Shown here: piece after piece, positions 18,799 to 27,781 of the stretch
Numbering within the stretch: position 1 is the first letter of the stretch
How the letters are laid out: each line of letters begins with the position of its first letter
Source of the DNA: Bacteroidia bacterium
GTDB lineage: Bacteria; Bacteroidota; Bacteroidia; UKL13-3
Reading direction: 5' to 3'
DNA: 64,000 bases
Assembly (NCBI GenBank): GCA_023151275.1
Contig: JAKLJI010000003.1
Span: 82,357 to 146,356, forward strand
The notes under the pieces: model-generated
Told to the model about the DNA's origin: nothing
Database searches by the model: none
What the model saw: the letters and a program-made list of their open reading frames with translations, nothing else
Program-made: the position numbers and the translations under genes

Positions 18799-21492
18799 TT
18801 AATCTGTTATGAACAAGGTGATGACAAAGGTAGCACCTTTTCCCGGTTCACTCAAAACCTCAATGGTACCTCCATGCAATTCAACAATCTTTCTGCAAAT
18901 TGCCAGGCCCAAACCACTTCCTTTGGGCTTGCGAATGGTTTGATTTCTGGCTTGAAAAAACTTATCAAATATTAATTCCTGGTACTCCGGCTCTATGCCT
19001 CTTCCGGTGTCTTTCACAGACAAAACAACCTGATCGTCGCGACGCAAGGCACTTACTTGTATCAAACCACCTGTCTCCGTAAACTTAACGGCATTTGAAA
19101 GTAAATTAATGAGCACCTGCATCATTTTATCCTTATCCAAAATCAGGTTGAGTTGCTCGGGGTCCACATCAACCAACAGATTCAGCTTTTTCTCATCGGC
19201 TAAACTTTTGATACTGTTTATTGATTCCTGAATAAGTTCTTTTACATAAACTTCCTCCAGAAGCAGCTTTTGTTTTCCCGAATCGTATTTCTCCAAATCG
19301 AGCACCTGAGATATCAGGCGGGAAAGGCGTTCTGTTTCTTTGTTGATGATTTGAAGGTAGTGTTGTCTATCATCCAATTCAAGCTCAGGATTATCAAACA
19401 AAATCTCCGAAAATGCACGGATTGAAGTAATTGGCGTTCGCAATTCATGGGTAACTGTTGCCAGAAAATCATCCTTCAATTCATCCATTTCCTTCAGCCT
19501 ATGATTGGCAAGTTCTAACTGGCTTTTGGCTCGTTTCAACTCCCGGTTAAGCAACATCAATTGCTGTGATTCTCTGAGAATATCCATCAACTCCGCCAAT
19601 TTTACTTCCTCTTCTTTTACCACCGAAGCCACCATTATCCGCGCGGATGCCGAGCCAATAATTCCGGAAAGCACACGCTCTACATAGGCTACCAATTTGG
19701 GGTCGGCTTTCTCCTGCTCTGAACTTATTTGATTGCGTATTGAAAAATTACGAATGGCGTTCCGACTGCGTTGTTCCCCAAAGAAATTGGCCAAGAGGGA
19801 TTCCATATCAGGGATACTGGCTTGCCCCTTCCAAACCGGAGCGGCATCCATGATTTTTTCATACTTAAAAATATTCACAAAAATCTCGGCCTGATTTTGT
19901 TCTTTATCATCGGCTTTGGTATTGAGAGAAACCAGTACATACAAACCTAAATTGAAAAGCATGCTGAAGAAAAAAGCATGCGTGATTGGGCTGAAACCAG
20001 TAAAACCAAACAGTTGATTTGGCTTGAGCAATTCAATTCCCCATGGACCATATTGAACGAAATCAGATTGAATAATTCCAGATCCCACAAGGAAAGGTAA
20101 AACCAAGGTGTAAAACCAAATGGCGAATCCAGCAATCAAGCCACTTAAAGCACCCTTTTTATTTCCTTTTTTCCAGTACAAGCCACCAATAATGGCAGGT
20201 GCGAGTTGGGCTATGGAAACAAATGAAATCAAGCCCACAGAAACTAGGCTGTAATACTTACTTATGTAGTGATAATAGGCGTAAGCAACTCCCAAAATAA
20301 CCAAAATCCCCAAACGTCTTGAATTGAGCAAGAATCGACTCAAATCAAACAAGGGATTCTTTATTCGATAATCGGAACCTAGAAGCACCGGCATTGCAAT
20401 GTGATTGGAGAACATGGTGCTTAATGCTATGGTATCAACAATTATCATGCTTGTAGCAGCTGCAAAGCCACCAATAAAAACCAATAAGGCAAGTGCCTTT
20501 TGATTCATTTGCATGGGAATATCCAGGATAAAATAATCGCCATTTACACCGTTTCCGGGGAACATCATGCTACCTGAAAGCGCAATGGGCAGAACAAAAA
20601 TGTTTATCAGTAACAAGTACAAAGGAAAGAGCCAAGTGGCGTGTTTAAGGTGGCTTTCATCTGTATTTTCAACTACTGCCAGTTGAAATTGACGGGGCAA
20701 TAAAGTTGCTGCAATTCCTGAAAGCAAGGCAATCCATAACCAATCGCTGTAGCCAAACTGTTGTTGAACTACAAACAAGTTACGCAGTTCAGGAAAAACA
20801 AAGGCCCGGGAAAAGACATCGCCAAAGCCATCAAACAAAATCCAGGTGACATAAACCCCAACCGCAAGAAATGCGAACAATTTGATGATGGATTCAAAAG
20901 CAACCGCCACAACCATTCCGGTATGCTGCTCGTTGCTTTCTACCTTGCGTGTGCTGAAAACAATGGAAAATAATGCCATGCAAAGGGCCACAATTAAACC
21001 GGTATCTCCAATCAAACCGTAGGAACCCGATTTCATTTTAAAATCAGGACTTATGATTAAATCAAAGGAATCGGAAATGGCTTTTAGTTGCAGGCTGATG
21101 TTGGGAATAACACCCAAAAAACAGAGAACTGTAATGATGCTCGCCAAACTTAGGTTTTTTCCATAGCGCGATGAAATGAAGTCGGCGATGGTAGTGATGC
21201 GCTGGGTTTTGCAAATGCGGATAATTTTGCGCAATAAAAATAGCCACAAAGGCGAAATCAAAGTTGGACCAATATAAACGGCGAGAAAGCCCAAACCTTC
21301 CTTACTGGCTTTCCCTACGCTGCCGTAAAATGTCCAAGCCGTGCAGAACACAGCAAGTGAAAGGGCATAAACAACTGGCCCTTGGAAAAAGCTTCGCTTT
21401 TTTTGCTTGCTACCTTCTACCCGATAGGCAATGAAAAACAGCAAAGCCAGATAAATCAACGAAAACAAAACGATTAACCAGGAGCTGAGCAT
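18799..21492 (-). CDS. Sensor histidine kinase with N-terminal sodium:solute symporter (SSS/SLC5) domain (CbrA/CrbS-like, non-hybrid)
   Basis: About 13 TM helices of SSS type over ~520 aa, then a coiled linker, the H-box THELRTPITSIRAFSEIL, and HATPase N/G boxes LLSNAVKF...GSGLGLAICRKIVELHGG. No C-terminal receiver domain. Confidence 0.75.
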   Translation of the reverse strand: MLSSWLIVLFSLIYLALLFFIAYRVEGSKQKKRSFFQGPVVYALSLAVFCTAWTFYGSVGKASKEGLGFLAVYIGPTLISPLWLFLLRKIIRICKTQRITTIADFISSRYGKNLSLASIITVLCFLGVIPNISLQLKAISDSFDLIISPDFKMKSGSYGLIGDTGLIVALCMALFSIVFSTRKVESNEQHTGMVVAVAFESIIKLFAFLAVGVYVTWILFDGFGDVFSRAFVFPELRNLFVVQQQFGYSDWLWIALLSGIAATLLPRQFQLAVVENTDESHLKHATWLFPLYLLLINIFVLPIALSGSMMFPGNGVNGDYFILDIPMQMNQKALALLVFIGGFAAATSMIIVDTIALSTMFSNHIAMPVLLGSDYRIKNPLFDLSRFLLNSRRLGILVILGVAYAYYHYISKYYSLVSVGLISFVSIAQLAPAIIGGLYWKKGNKKGALSGLIAGFAIWFYTLVLPFLVGSGIIQSDFVQYGPWGIELLKPNQLFGFTGFSPITHAFFFSMLFNLGLYVLVSLNTKADDKEQNQAEIFVNIFKYEKIMDAAPVWKGQASIPDMESLLANFFGEQRSRNAIRNFSIRNQISSEQEKADPKLVAYVERVLSGIIGSASARIMVASVVKEEEVKLAELMDILRESQQLMLLNRELKRAKSQLELANHRLKEMDELKDDFLATVTHELRTPITSIRAFSEILFDNPELELDDRQHYLQIINKETERLSRLISQVLDLEKYDSGKQKLLLEEVYVKELIQESINSIKSLADEKKLNLLVDVDPEQLNLILDKDKMMQVLINLLSNAVKFTETGGLIQVSALRRDDQVVLSVKDTGRGIEPEYQELIFDKFFQARNQTIRKPKGSGLGLAICRKIVELHGGTIEVLSEPGKGATFVITLFITD

Positions 21493-21493
21493 G

Positions 21494-21751
21494 CTATTTT
21501 TTATTTACAATTCGGTAGACTAAACCAATAAAAAACACCCATACCGAAAACACATAAATGTAAAGCACAGGTAAGCCTCCCAAGAGTTTGGCTTTATCTG
21601 CAATGCTCAACAAAGGGTAGTTCAGCAAAACGAAAAAAAAGAATGCCAGGAAACTTAATTTGGTTGATTTCATTTTCTGATTCACAGCTCCAAGATACGG
21701 ATTAACCAAAAAAGAATCGAGCTTTTGCTTTGCAAAAGCTCGATTCAACAA
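21494..21751 (-). CDS. Small 2-TM membrane protein, DUF4212-like 'symporter small subunit', translationally coupled to the SSS-kinase
   Basis: 85 aa with two hydrophobic helices; its stop lies 1 nt before the kinase ATG, matching the typical mini-ORF upstream of SSS proteins. Confidence 0.45.
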   Translation of the reverse strand: MLNRAFAKQKLDSFLVNPYLGAVNQKMKSTKLSFLAFFFFVLLNYPLLSIADKAKLLGGLPVLYIYVFSVWVFFIGLVYRIVNKK

Positions 21752-21850
21752 ATTAGAACGTATCTCAAAAAAGAATTTGGCTGCGGAGTCTTTAGTTCAA
21801 CCTATTTCACTTTTAAAAAGTGGAACCAATTCAAACTCCAAGTAGCCGCG

Positions 21851-22129
21851 CTATTCTATTTCTCTATCGTATTCTCCTTTTAAGGAATAATAACCAAAGA
21901 TGATTAACCCAAAGGCGATTGGAAGGAAAATTCCGATAATAATTCCCCATTGCAATTGGATATTCAGCTTAGCCGCTTCTGCTGTTGATCGTGCCAACTC
22001 ATCTACAGCTTGTTCAATGCGTAGATTGGAGGCTGAGATTTTATCAGCGGCTTGAACAAACATAAATATTGCTGCTGCAGGACCTAATAAAATCCAGATA
22101 ATTCCTAATGCTCTGCGTATAGTATTCAT
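21851..22129 (-). CDS. Small membrane protein (2 TM flanking a helical segment), unknown function
   Basis: 92-aa ORF packed between the MFS gene and the DUF4212-like gene on the same strand. Confidence 0.35.
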   Translation of the reverse strand: MNTIRRALGIIWILLGPAAAIFMFVQAADKISASNLRIEQAVDELARSTAEAAKLNIQLQWGIIIGIFLPIAFGLIIFGYYSLKGEYDREIE

Positions 22130-22149
22130 AAGTTTTCTATTTAATCGTT

Positions 22150-23883
22150 TTAATTGTGGATATACTCGTTCTCATCATCCATTACATCTTCATCTATGTG
22201 ATTAGTGAGGTATAAAGTACCAATAACAAGACAAACGGCTGCAATACCAATTGGATACCAAAGTCCGGCCAATGGCGAACCGTTTGGCATAGCAGGAGAT
22301 TTGGTGTACTCAATAATTAAAGTAGAAAGGAATGGAACCAAACCACCAAAAACACCATTGCCAACATGATAAGGCAATGACATTGAGGTGTATCGAATAC
22401 GGGTTGGGAACAATTCAACCAAAAACGCAGCTATTGGACCATAAACCATTGTCACATAAACGATTTGGATGAACACCAGGAAAATCATGGTCCAAAACGT
22501 GTCTTTTCCAACTTTTTTCTCAACTCCAATTGCAGCCTTTTCTCCCTGATAATTCACCAACAAATTCAAGGTATCCACTTTAGCGTTTTGCAGGGCTTCT
22601 GTGGCCTGACTCTTCATCGTATAATAGGTTGGCAAACTTCCACTATCCGCACCTAAAGTAGTGCAAGCAAATACAACCTGAGCCGATTTATCTGTACTTA
22701 GATTAAGAGGTTCTGCAAGGTACAGGGTATCTGTGGTAGTGTATTTAAAAACTGCTCCGTCTGAATAGCTTGTATCTTTTTTGGAAACAATAAACAACTT
22801 CTGATTGCTTTTACTATCGGGAATAGCAGTAACAGAACGTATACCAGACTCTTCCAAAACAAGCTCATTTGACTTCAATGCGGGATTGGTATAATCAATA
22901 AACTTCTGGTAAATGGAACGATAGCTCAAAATTCCCAATAACATGCCTAGCATCATTATCCATTTGCGACCAACTCTGTCGCTCAATGCACCAAAAAGAA
23001 TAAAGAATGGAGTACCTAAAACAATGGCCCAAAGAATGATTGTCCTCGACTGTTCAAAATCAACCTTACAGGTGTTCTCAATGAAGGACTGCGCATAAAA
23101 CTGACCGGTGTACCAAATTACACCCTGTCCCATTACAGCCCCAAACAAGGCCAGTAAAACCATTTTTAAATTGGCTTTGTGGCTAAAACTTTCTTTCAAT
23201 GGATTTTTAGATGTTTTGCCTTCCTTCTTCAATTTTGCAAACAAGGGCGACTCACTCATTTTCATCCGGATATAAATAGACACGATAACCAACAAAATAG
23301 AAACCCAGAAAGGAACGCGCCAACCCCAATTGTTAAACTGGTCGATACCCAATTGATTTCTTGTAAATAAAATTACTCCAAGCGATAAGAAAAGTCCCAG
23401 GGTTGCAGTAGTTTGAATCCAGGAGGTGAAATAGCCACGTCGTTTTGCTGGAGCATGTTCGGCCACATAGGTTGCGGCCCCACCATATTCACCACCCAAG
23501 GCCAAACCTTGCACCAATCTTAAAAAGAGAACAATAAGCGGAGCAGCAACCCCAATTGTTTTATAGCCGGGTACCAAACCAATTGCAAAGGTTGAGCCTC
23601 CCATCAAAACAAGTGTCAACAAGAAAGTGAATTTCCTTCCCAGCAAATCGCCCAAGCGACCAAAAACGAGTGCTCCAAATGGCCGAACAATAAAGCCAGC
23701 TGCAAATATGGCTAGGGTTGACAACAGTGCTGCAGTTCCTTGCTCTTCCGGAAAGAATTGCTTGGAAATTAGGGTTGCCAGACTTCCAAAAATGTAGAAG
23801 TCGTACCATTCAATCAAGGTTCCTACGGAGGAGGCACCGATTACCTGGTAAATGGACGAGGGTTTGTCTTCGTTACTTTTCAT
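22150..23883 (-). CDS. MFS transporter, metabolite:H+ symporter (MHS; ProP/KgtP-like) family with ~110-aa hydrophilic central insertion
   Basis: MHS hallmark GTLIEWYDFYIFGSLA...FFP plus 12 TM; there is an unusually long soluble loop between TM6 and TM7. Confidence 0.7.
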   Translation of the reverse strand: MKSNEDKPSSIYQVIGASSVGTLIEWYDFYIFGSLATLISKQFFPEEQGTAALLSTLAIFAAGFIVRPFGALVFGRLGDLLGRKFTFLLTLVLMGGSTFAIGLVPGYKTIGVAAPLIVLFLRLVQGLALGGEYGGAATYVAEHAPAKRRGYFTSWIQTTATLGLFLSLGVILFTRNQLGIDQFNNWGWRVPFWVSILLVIVSIYIRMKMSESPLFAKLKKEGKTSKNPLKESFSHKANLKMVLLALFGAVMGQGVIWYTGQFYAQSFIENTCKVDFEQSRTIILWAIVLGTPFFILFGALSDRVGRKWIMMLGMLLGILSYRSIYQKFIDYTNPALKSNELVLEESGIRSVTAIPDSKSNQKLFIVSKKDTSYSDGAVFKYTTTDTLYLAEPLNLSTDKSAQVVFACTTLGADSGSLPTYYTMKSQATEALQNAKVDTLNLLVNYQGEKAAIGVEKKVGKDTFWTMIFLVFIQIVYVTMVYGPIAAFLVELFPTRIRYTSMSLPYHVGNGVFGGLVPFLSTLIIEYTKSPAMPNGSPLAGLWYPIGIAAVCLVIGTLYLTNHIDEDVMDDENEYIHN

Positions 23884-23898
23884 ATAGTTAAGTGTTGA

Positions 23899-25329
23899 TT
23901 ATAGGAAAATTTGAAATTGCAGCATCAACTCTCCTTTACGCTCGGAGCTGCGCATGCGGGTAGCTATTTCATAGGTTGGTCTGGAAGAATACTGGAGGGT
24001 AAATTTGGAATGGTGTCCATCCAGAAAAAAGTTTGCACCAATATCGTAATAGCTTCCTGATTCTTTAAGCGCTTCAAACTTTTTTAAGGCAAGCGATGCT
24101 ATTGGCTGAATGCGCATTTTCTTGCTAATGGTTTTTGGCAATAAAAGTCCGGCCTGGGTGTACCATATTGTGCCGGTACCCATCATGGCTCTAGCATTTC
24201 CACCACCTTCAAAAACGCGAGCTGAACTTGGAAGGTCTGTATTGGGTAATCCTTCATTCATGATTCCAATATTGCGGATATAGTTTGGTCCGAAATCATA
24301 AGCATAGAGCACAGAATAGGCTGTAACTGCCATATTTTTCTCCTTATCACCGAAAGGCAAATCGGCAAACACATCAGCTGCAAATAAATTAATTGCATGC
24401 TTTTTCAGTTTACCTGCAGCATCTTTTGATTGTGTAGCATCAGCCTGAGAATAAAAGCCGGCACCCAGATTTAAAATTCTTTTTGTACCTATATAGGTGC
24501 CTGTTCTGAAGGGTAGCAATGCCGATTCCTTCTCCAGGAAATTGTATTCAAAATAGCCTCCAAATCCCGCTTTGGAATTACCATTGTTTTCTACGGCAAC
24601 TTCTCTGGTTTCATTAAAGGCGGCAACAAAACGGGCAGTATCGGCGGCAAGCGTAGTTGCAAATGGTTTATTCACATGCATTTGATAGCGTAGTTTTCCG
24701 GCATACCCTTTTACAAACAGCCCATATTGGCGACCAAATTGGTCGGTATTTTCAATCAAAGGCCAATTAAAAATTGGAGCATCAATCATTAAAAAATTGA
24801 GCGTGCTGGCAGATGTCATGCGTGATAAGCCATGCATATAATGCAAGCCCGCACCAAGAGAAAGTGAGTAGTTATTTTTAGCTTTAGTTTCCGGGTTGAT
24901 TTCCGGAATAATGGCATATTCATTCAAGGCATCGTGAAAAAACAGTTGAGGCTTTTTGCCTTGGCCATATCCTCCGGTTCCTGCAGTACCAGAACCACCA
25001 CCATTTAAAAAGGTCTGGTTGTTAATTCCGACATGAGTAAGAATCATGTACCGAGGAGAAATTTGAGCAATAGCTAAAAAGCGAAGACGGCGACCACCAA
25101 TATCAAAGGTTTTGTCTTCGGAAACACCATTCACTAAAGTTCCCGGATTGTTTTCGATATACCTGGCCCAAATTTGGTTCCAAAAAATAAATCGAATGTA
25201 TTTGCTCTTATCTTCATTGATTCCAATTTTCAAACCGGAACCATAATCAGCTGAGCCCTGAGAGCGGCCGGGGGAGCTGATAAACAGCAAGATTGCTGAT
25301 AATACTAAAAAGGGGTAATGTTTTCTCAT
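23899..25329 (-). CDS. Putative outer-membrane beta-barrel porin
   Basis: Signal peptide, alternating amphipathic strands, Gly-rich loops and a C-terminal aromatic/hydrophobic end ...LMLQFQIFL. Confidence 0.5.
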   Translation of the reverse strand: MRKHYPFLVLSAILLFISSPGRSQGSADYGSGLKIGINEDKSKYIRFIFWNQIWARYIENNPGTLVNGVSEDKTFDIGGRRLRFLAIAQISPRYMILTHVGINNQTFLNGGGSGTAGTGGYGQGKKPQLFFHDALNEYAIIPEINPETKAKNNYSLSLGAGLHYMHGLSRMTSASTLNFLMIDAPIFNWPLIENTDQFGRQYGLFVKGYAGKLRYQMHVNKPFATTLAADTARFVAAFNETREVAVENNGNSKAGFGGYFEYNFLEKESALLPFRTGTYIGTKRILNLGAGFYSQADATQSKDAAGKLKKHAINLFAADVFADLPFGDKEKNMAVTAYSVLYAYDFGPNYIRNIGIMNEGLPNTDLPSSARVFEGGGNARAMMGTGTIWYTQAGLLLPKTISKKMRIQPIASLALKKFEALKESGSYYDIGANFFLDGHHSKFTLQYSSRPTYEIATRMRSSERKGELMLQFQIFL

Positions 25330-25334
25330 ACCGA

Positions 25335-25352
25335 TGGGTTATTCGTTAACCC
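25335..25352. promoter_or_regulatory. Inverted repeat TGGGTTA-N4-TAACCCA immediately upstream of porin start codon
   Basis: Read from the sequence; sits 6 nt upstream of the ATG at 25329, overlapping the RBS region. Confidence 0.25.
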
Positions 25353-25434
25353 AAAGTTTGAGAAAGAAAATTAAGATAAATAAAATCGTGCAGTTGAATG
25401 TTAAATTGATGTATTCATTAACGAAAGTCAAGGA

Positions 25435-25857
25435 CTAATCCCTGAATCGTTCCCATTTTATCATCATAAACTTATCGCCCAATTCTGTAATAACAGAACC
25501 TGCACCCTTTAGATTATCCTTGTTCTTCATATATTCAACAAGCTCTGCATGATTCAGGATTTTGTAGGTTGGATGGTACTGCGAATTTTCAGGCCGCTTC
25601 AACCCATATTGTTTCACCCAGTTCATTACCGAAACATGGCTTGTTCCGAGGAGACGTTCAATTTCCCGATAACTCAATCCTTCAATATAAAGCTGAAGAG
25701 CTTTGGTGACATAATAATTATCGATTCGCTTACCAAGTTTATTTACAGTGAAAAAGTAAGCACAGTTCTTGCATTTGTAACGTTGCCGCTCTTTCAGAAT
25801 TCCACTTTTGATGACGCTGAAACTTTGACATTTTGGACATTTCACATCGGTTGACAT
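25435..25857 (-). CDS. IS1 InsA / IS1595-type Zn-ribbon plus HTH protein, standalone (no adjacent DDE transposase)
   Basis: CPKCQS...RYKCKNC is a transposase-type zinc ribbon, followed by the InsA-like HTH LSYREIERLLGTSHVSVMNWVK and ~50 extra C-terminal residues. No InsB or DDE ORF follows. Confidence 0.5.
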   Translation of the reverse strand: MSTDVKCPKCQSFSVIKSGILKERQRYKCKNCAYFFTVNKLGKRIDNYYVTKALQLYIEGLSYREIERLLGTSHVSVMNWVKQYGLKRPENSQYHPTYKILNHAELVEYMKNKDNLKGAGSVITELGDKFMMIKWERFRD

Positions 25858-25958
25858 AGGAGTTTATATAAACGATATACCAAGTAAGCATAAATATAGC
25901 TAATTAGCAAGAAAAAAAATGCACAGCTTGAGAGACTCAACAAAAGAGAATCAGCTTA

Positions 25959-27131
25959 TTAACGCGAGTCCTTTGTTGAATGCGGATATTGGAGATAGAA
26001 CAAAATGCTAAGGCTCCAACTCAACAAGCCATAGGCTATTCTATCGAGTAAGCGATTGAAAAAGCTCGATGTTTTCAAAAATTCTTCCAGTCTTATCTCT
26101 ATTGCGTCATTTTCTAAAACAGATTGAATGAGTGCATCTGCTTGCCGAACAACTTTTTCGTTTTTACATAACACATTGCATTCAACCGAACCAAAATCAC
26201 TCAAATAATTCAGGTTATACGAACCAACACAAAGCTCAGTATGATCAACAAGCACAAGCTTACCATGTAAAACAGTGGGCTTGTACTCAAAAAGACGAAC
26301 CCCTGCTTTCAGTAAATCGGGATAAAAATGGCGGATTGCTCTTTTCATCAAACCAATATCAGACCTCGCTCCCAGAAGGAGTTTTATTTCCACTCCCCTA
26401 TCCGCAGCTTGTTTCAATTTGCGTTTCAAACCAGCACCCGGAATAAAATAACTGGCTACAATAGTTAGCTCTTTATTTGCCCGAACAATGCTTCTTCTGT
26501 AGTAAAAAGAGATGGCAAGTTTTGAACGAAACCAATTGTTCTCAAGCACTCTAAAATCAGGACTCCCCTGAGCAATAGGATGTGCTGATATCAAGTTTTT
26601 TGGAGGCTTTTTATTCCAAGGATAATACCTTCTTAGGACACGAACCGTATCAAGTACTGCTTGACCATGGTAAATCAAGGCAAAATCAAGCCAAGGCATT
26701 TGTTTGGCATTTCCTTGATAATGGTCAGACCAATTAATTCCGCTGCACGAGGCCCAATTTCTATCTACAACAATCAATTTATGGTGCAAACGCAGACCCA
26801 TTTTAAATTCAACAAGCTGACTTAATGGAGCATACCACGAAAGTTTAATCCCCGCATTTTCAAGATTTCTTATCCAGAATTCAGAAAGGTCTTTTGATCC
26901 GTAGGCATCCAAAAGCAGAAAAACCTGAACACCCCTTTTAGCTGCATTAATTAAGGCATTCATCATTTGAATACCGGTTGCATCTGATTCTAAAATATAC
27001 AACTGCACCAATACTTCCACCTGAGCATTCTCAATTGCAGCCCTCAGGTGTTGAAAGTATTCAGGTCCACCGGTAAAAAATTCAACCGCATTGGCATGCC
27101 TGAACGGAAAGCTGTTGCGGAATCGTTCCAT
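25959..27131 (-). CDS. Phospholipase D-family protein / cardiolipin synthase-like (two HKD motifs)
   Basis: HxK(x)4D motifs HHKLIVVD and HGKLVLVD. Start trimmed to MERFRNSF (27131) so it abuts rather than overlaps the yciH stop. Confidence 0.75.
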   Translation of the reverse strand: MERFRNSFPFRHANAVEFFTGGPEYFQHLRAAIENAQVEVLVQLYILESDATGIQMMNALINAAKRGVQVFLLLDAYGSKDLSEFWIRNLENAGIKLSWYAPLSQLVEFKMGLRLHHKLIVVDRNWASCSGINWSDHYQGNAKQMPWLDFALIYHGQAVLDTVRVLRRYYPWNKKPPKNLISAHPIAQGSPDFRVLENNWFRSKLAISFYYRRSIVRANKELTIVASYFIPGAGLKRKLKQAADRGVEIKLLLGARSDIGLMKRAIRHFYPDLLKAGVRLFEYKPTVLHGKLVLVDHTELCVGSYNLNYLSDFGSVECNVLCKNEKVVRQADALIQSVLENDAIEIRLEEFLKTSSFFNRLLDRIAYGLLSWSLSILFYLQYPHSTKDSR

Positions 27132-27132
27132 A

Positions 27133-27474
27133 TTATCCGCCGGCTTTTTTAACCGAATAGGATTCCTTTTGGAGGTATGCGAGCAATTTATCTCTGAAGT
27201 CGCCTTGAATAAGGATTTCGCCATCCTTGGCACTTCCTCCAACACCACAATGTTTTTTGCATAAGGAGCCAAGCTCTTGCAATGCAGAATCGGGGCCCAC
27301 AAAACCAGTAATTCTTGAAACAAGCTTGCCTCCTCCTTTTCTATCCAGAAAGATTTTCAGCCGTTGTTGGTTGGGAGGCAATAACTCCTGCTCTTCTGCA
27401 TTATTCTCCTGGTATTCAAAAAAGGTATCCGTAGAATAAACTACTCCTTCCCGCTTTTTATTCTTGTTGCTCAT
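27133..27474 (-). CDS. yciH: Translation initiation factor SUI1/YciH family
   Basis: [12 protein letters not shown]...[26 protein letters not shown] matches the SUI1 fold signature. Confidence 0.7.
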   Translation of the reverse strand: MSNKNKKREGVVYSTDTFFEYQENNAEEQELLPPNQQRLKIFLDRKGGGKLVSRITGFVGPDSALQELGSLCKKHCGVGGSAKDGEILIQGDFRDKLLAYLQKESYSVKKAGG

Positions 27475-27688
27475 GATCAAAACAAAAGTACACATCAAAA
27501 CGGAATCCTGCTGTTGAAATATTTAGGAATAAATGCCCTAAACAGCCCAAATAGCTAGCCGGAAAAGGATATTGAGGCGAGCAGAACTTCTAAATTGGGA
27601 AGCTTTCTATTTGTAGCAGTTTAATTTTCTTTACCCCTAAGAAACCTGACAGAAGTCAATACACCAACCGACATTTGATGGTTTTACG

Positions 27689-27704
27689 TGTGATAATTAT
27701 CACA
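27689..27704. promoter_or_regulatory. Perfect CRP-consensus palindrome TGTGATAATTATCACA (TGTGA-N6-TCACA), candidate Crp/Fnr-family site
   Basis: Read from the sequence; located 78 nt upstream of the YceI-like gene start (27782) in a 283-nt divergent intergenic region. Confidence 0.45.
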
Positions 27705-27781
27705 GGGAATATTGAGGTTTATCATAAGCGAATAAGGTCTGTGGGGATAATTTTGACATCGTATTCAAAACCCTAGAAGAC

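Noticed and set aside
21760-21800. Near-palindrome TTTCACTTTTAAAAAGTGGAA upstream of the DUF4212-like gene
   Set aside because: The arms are imperfect (T4/A5 asymmetry) and the region is AT-rich, where such near-palindromes arise by chance; noted only as a possible promoter-region element.
25549-25854. 101-aa + strand ORF
   Set aside because: It lies entirely antisense within the InsA-like Zn-ribbon gene, which has clear motifs, and has no features of its own; a shadow ORF.
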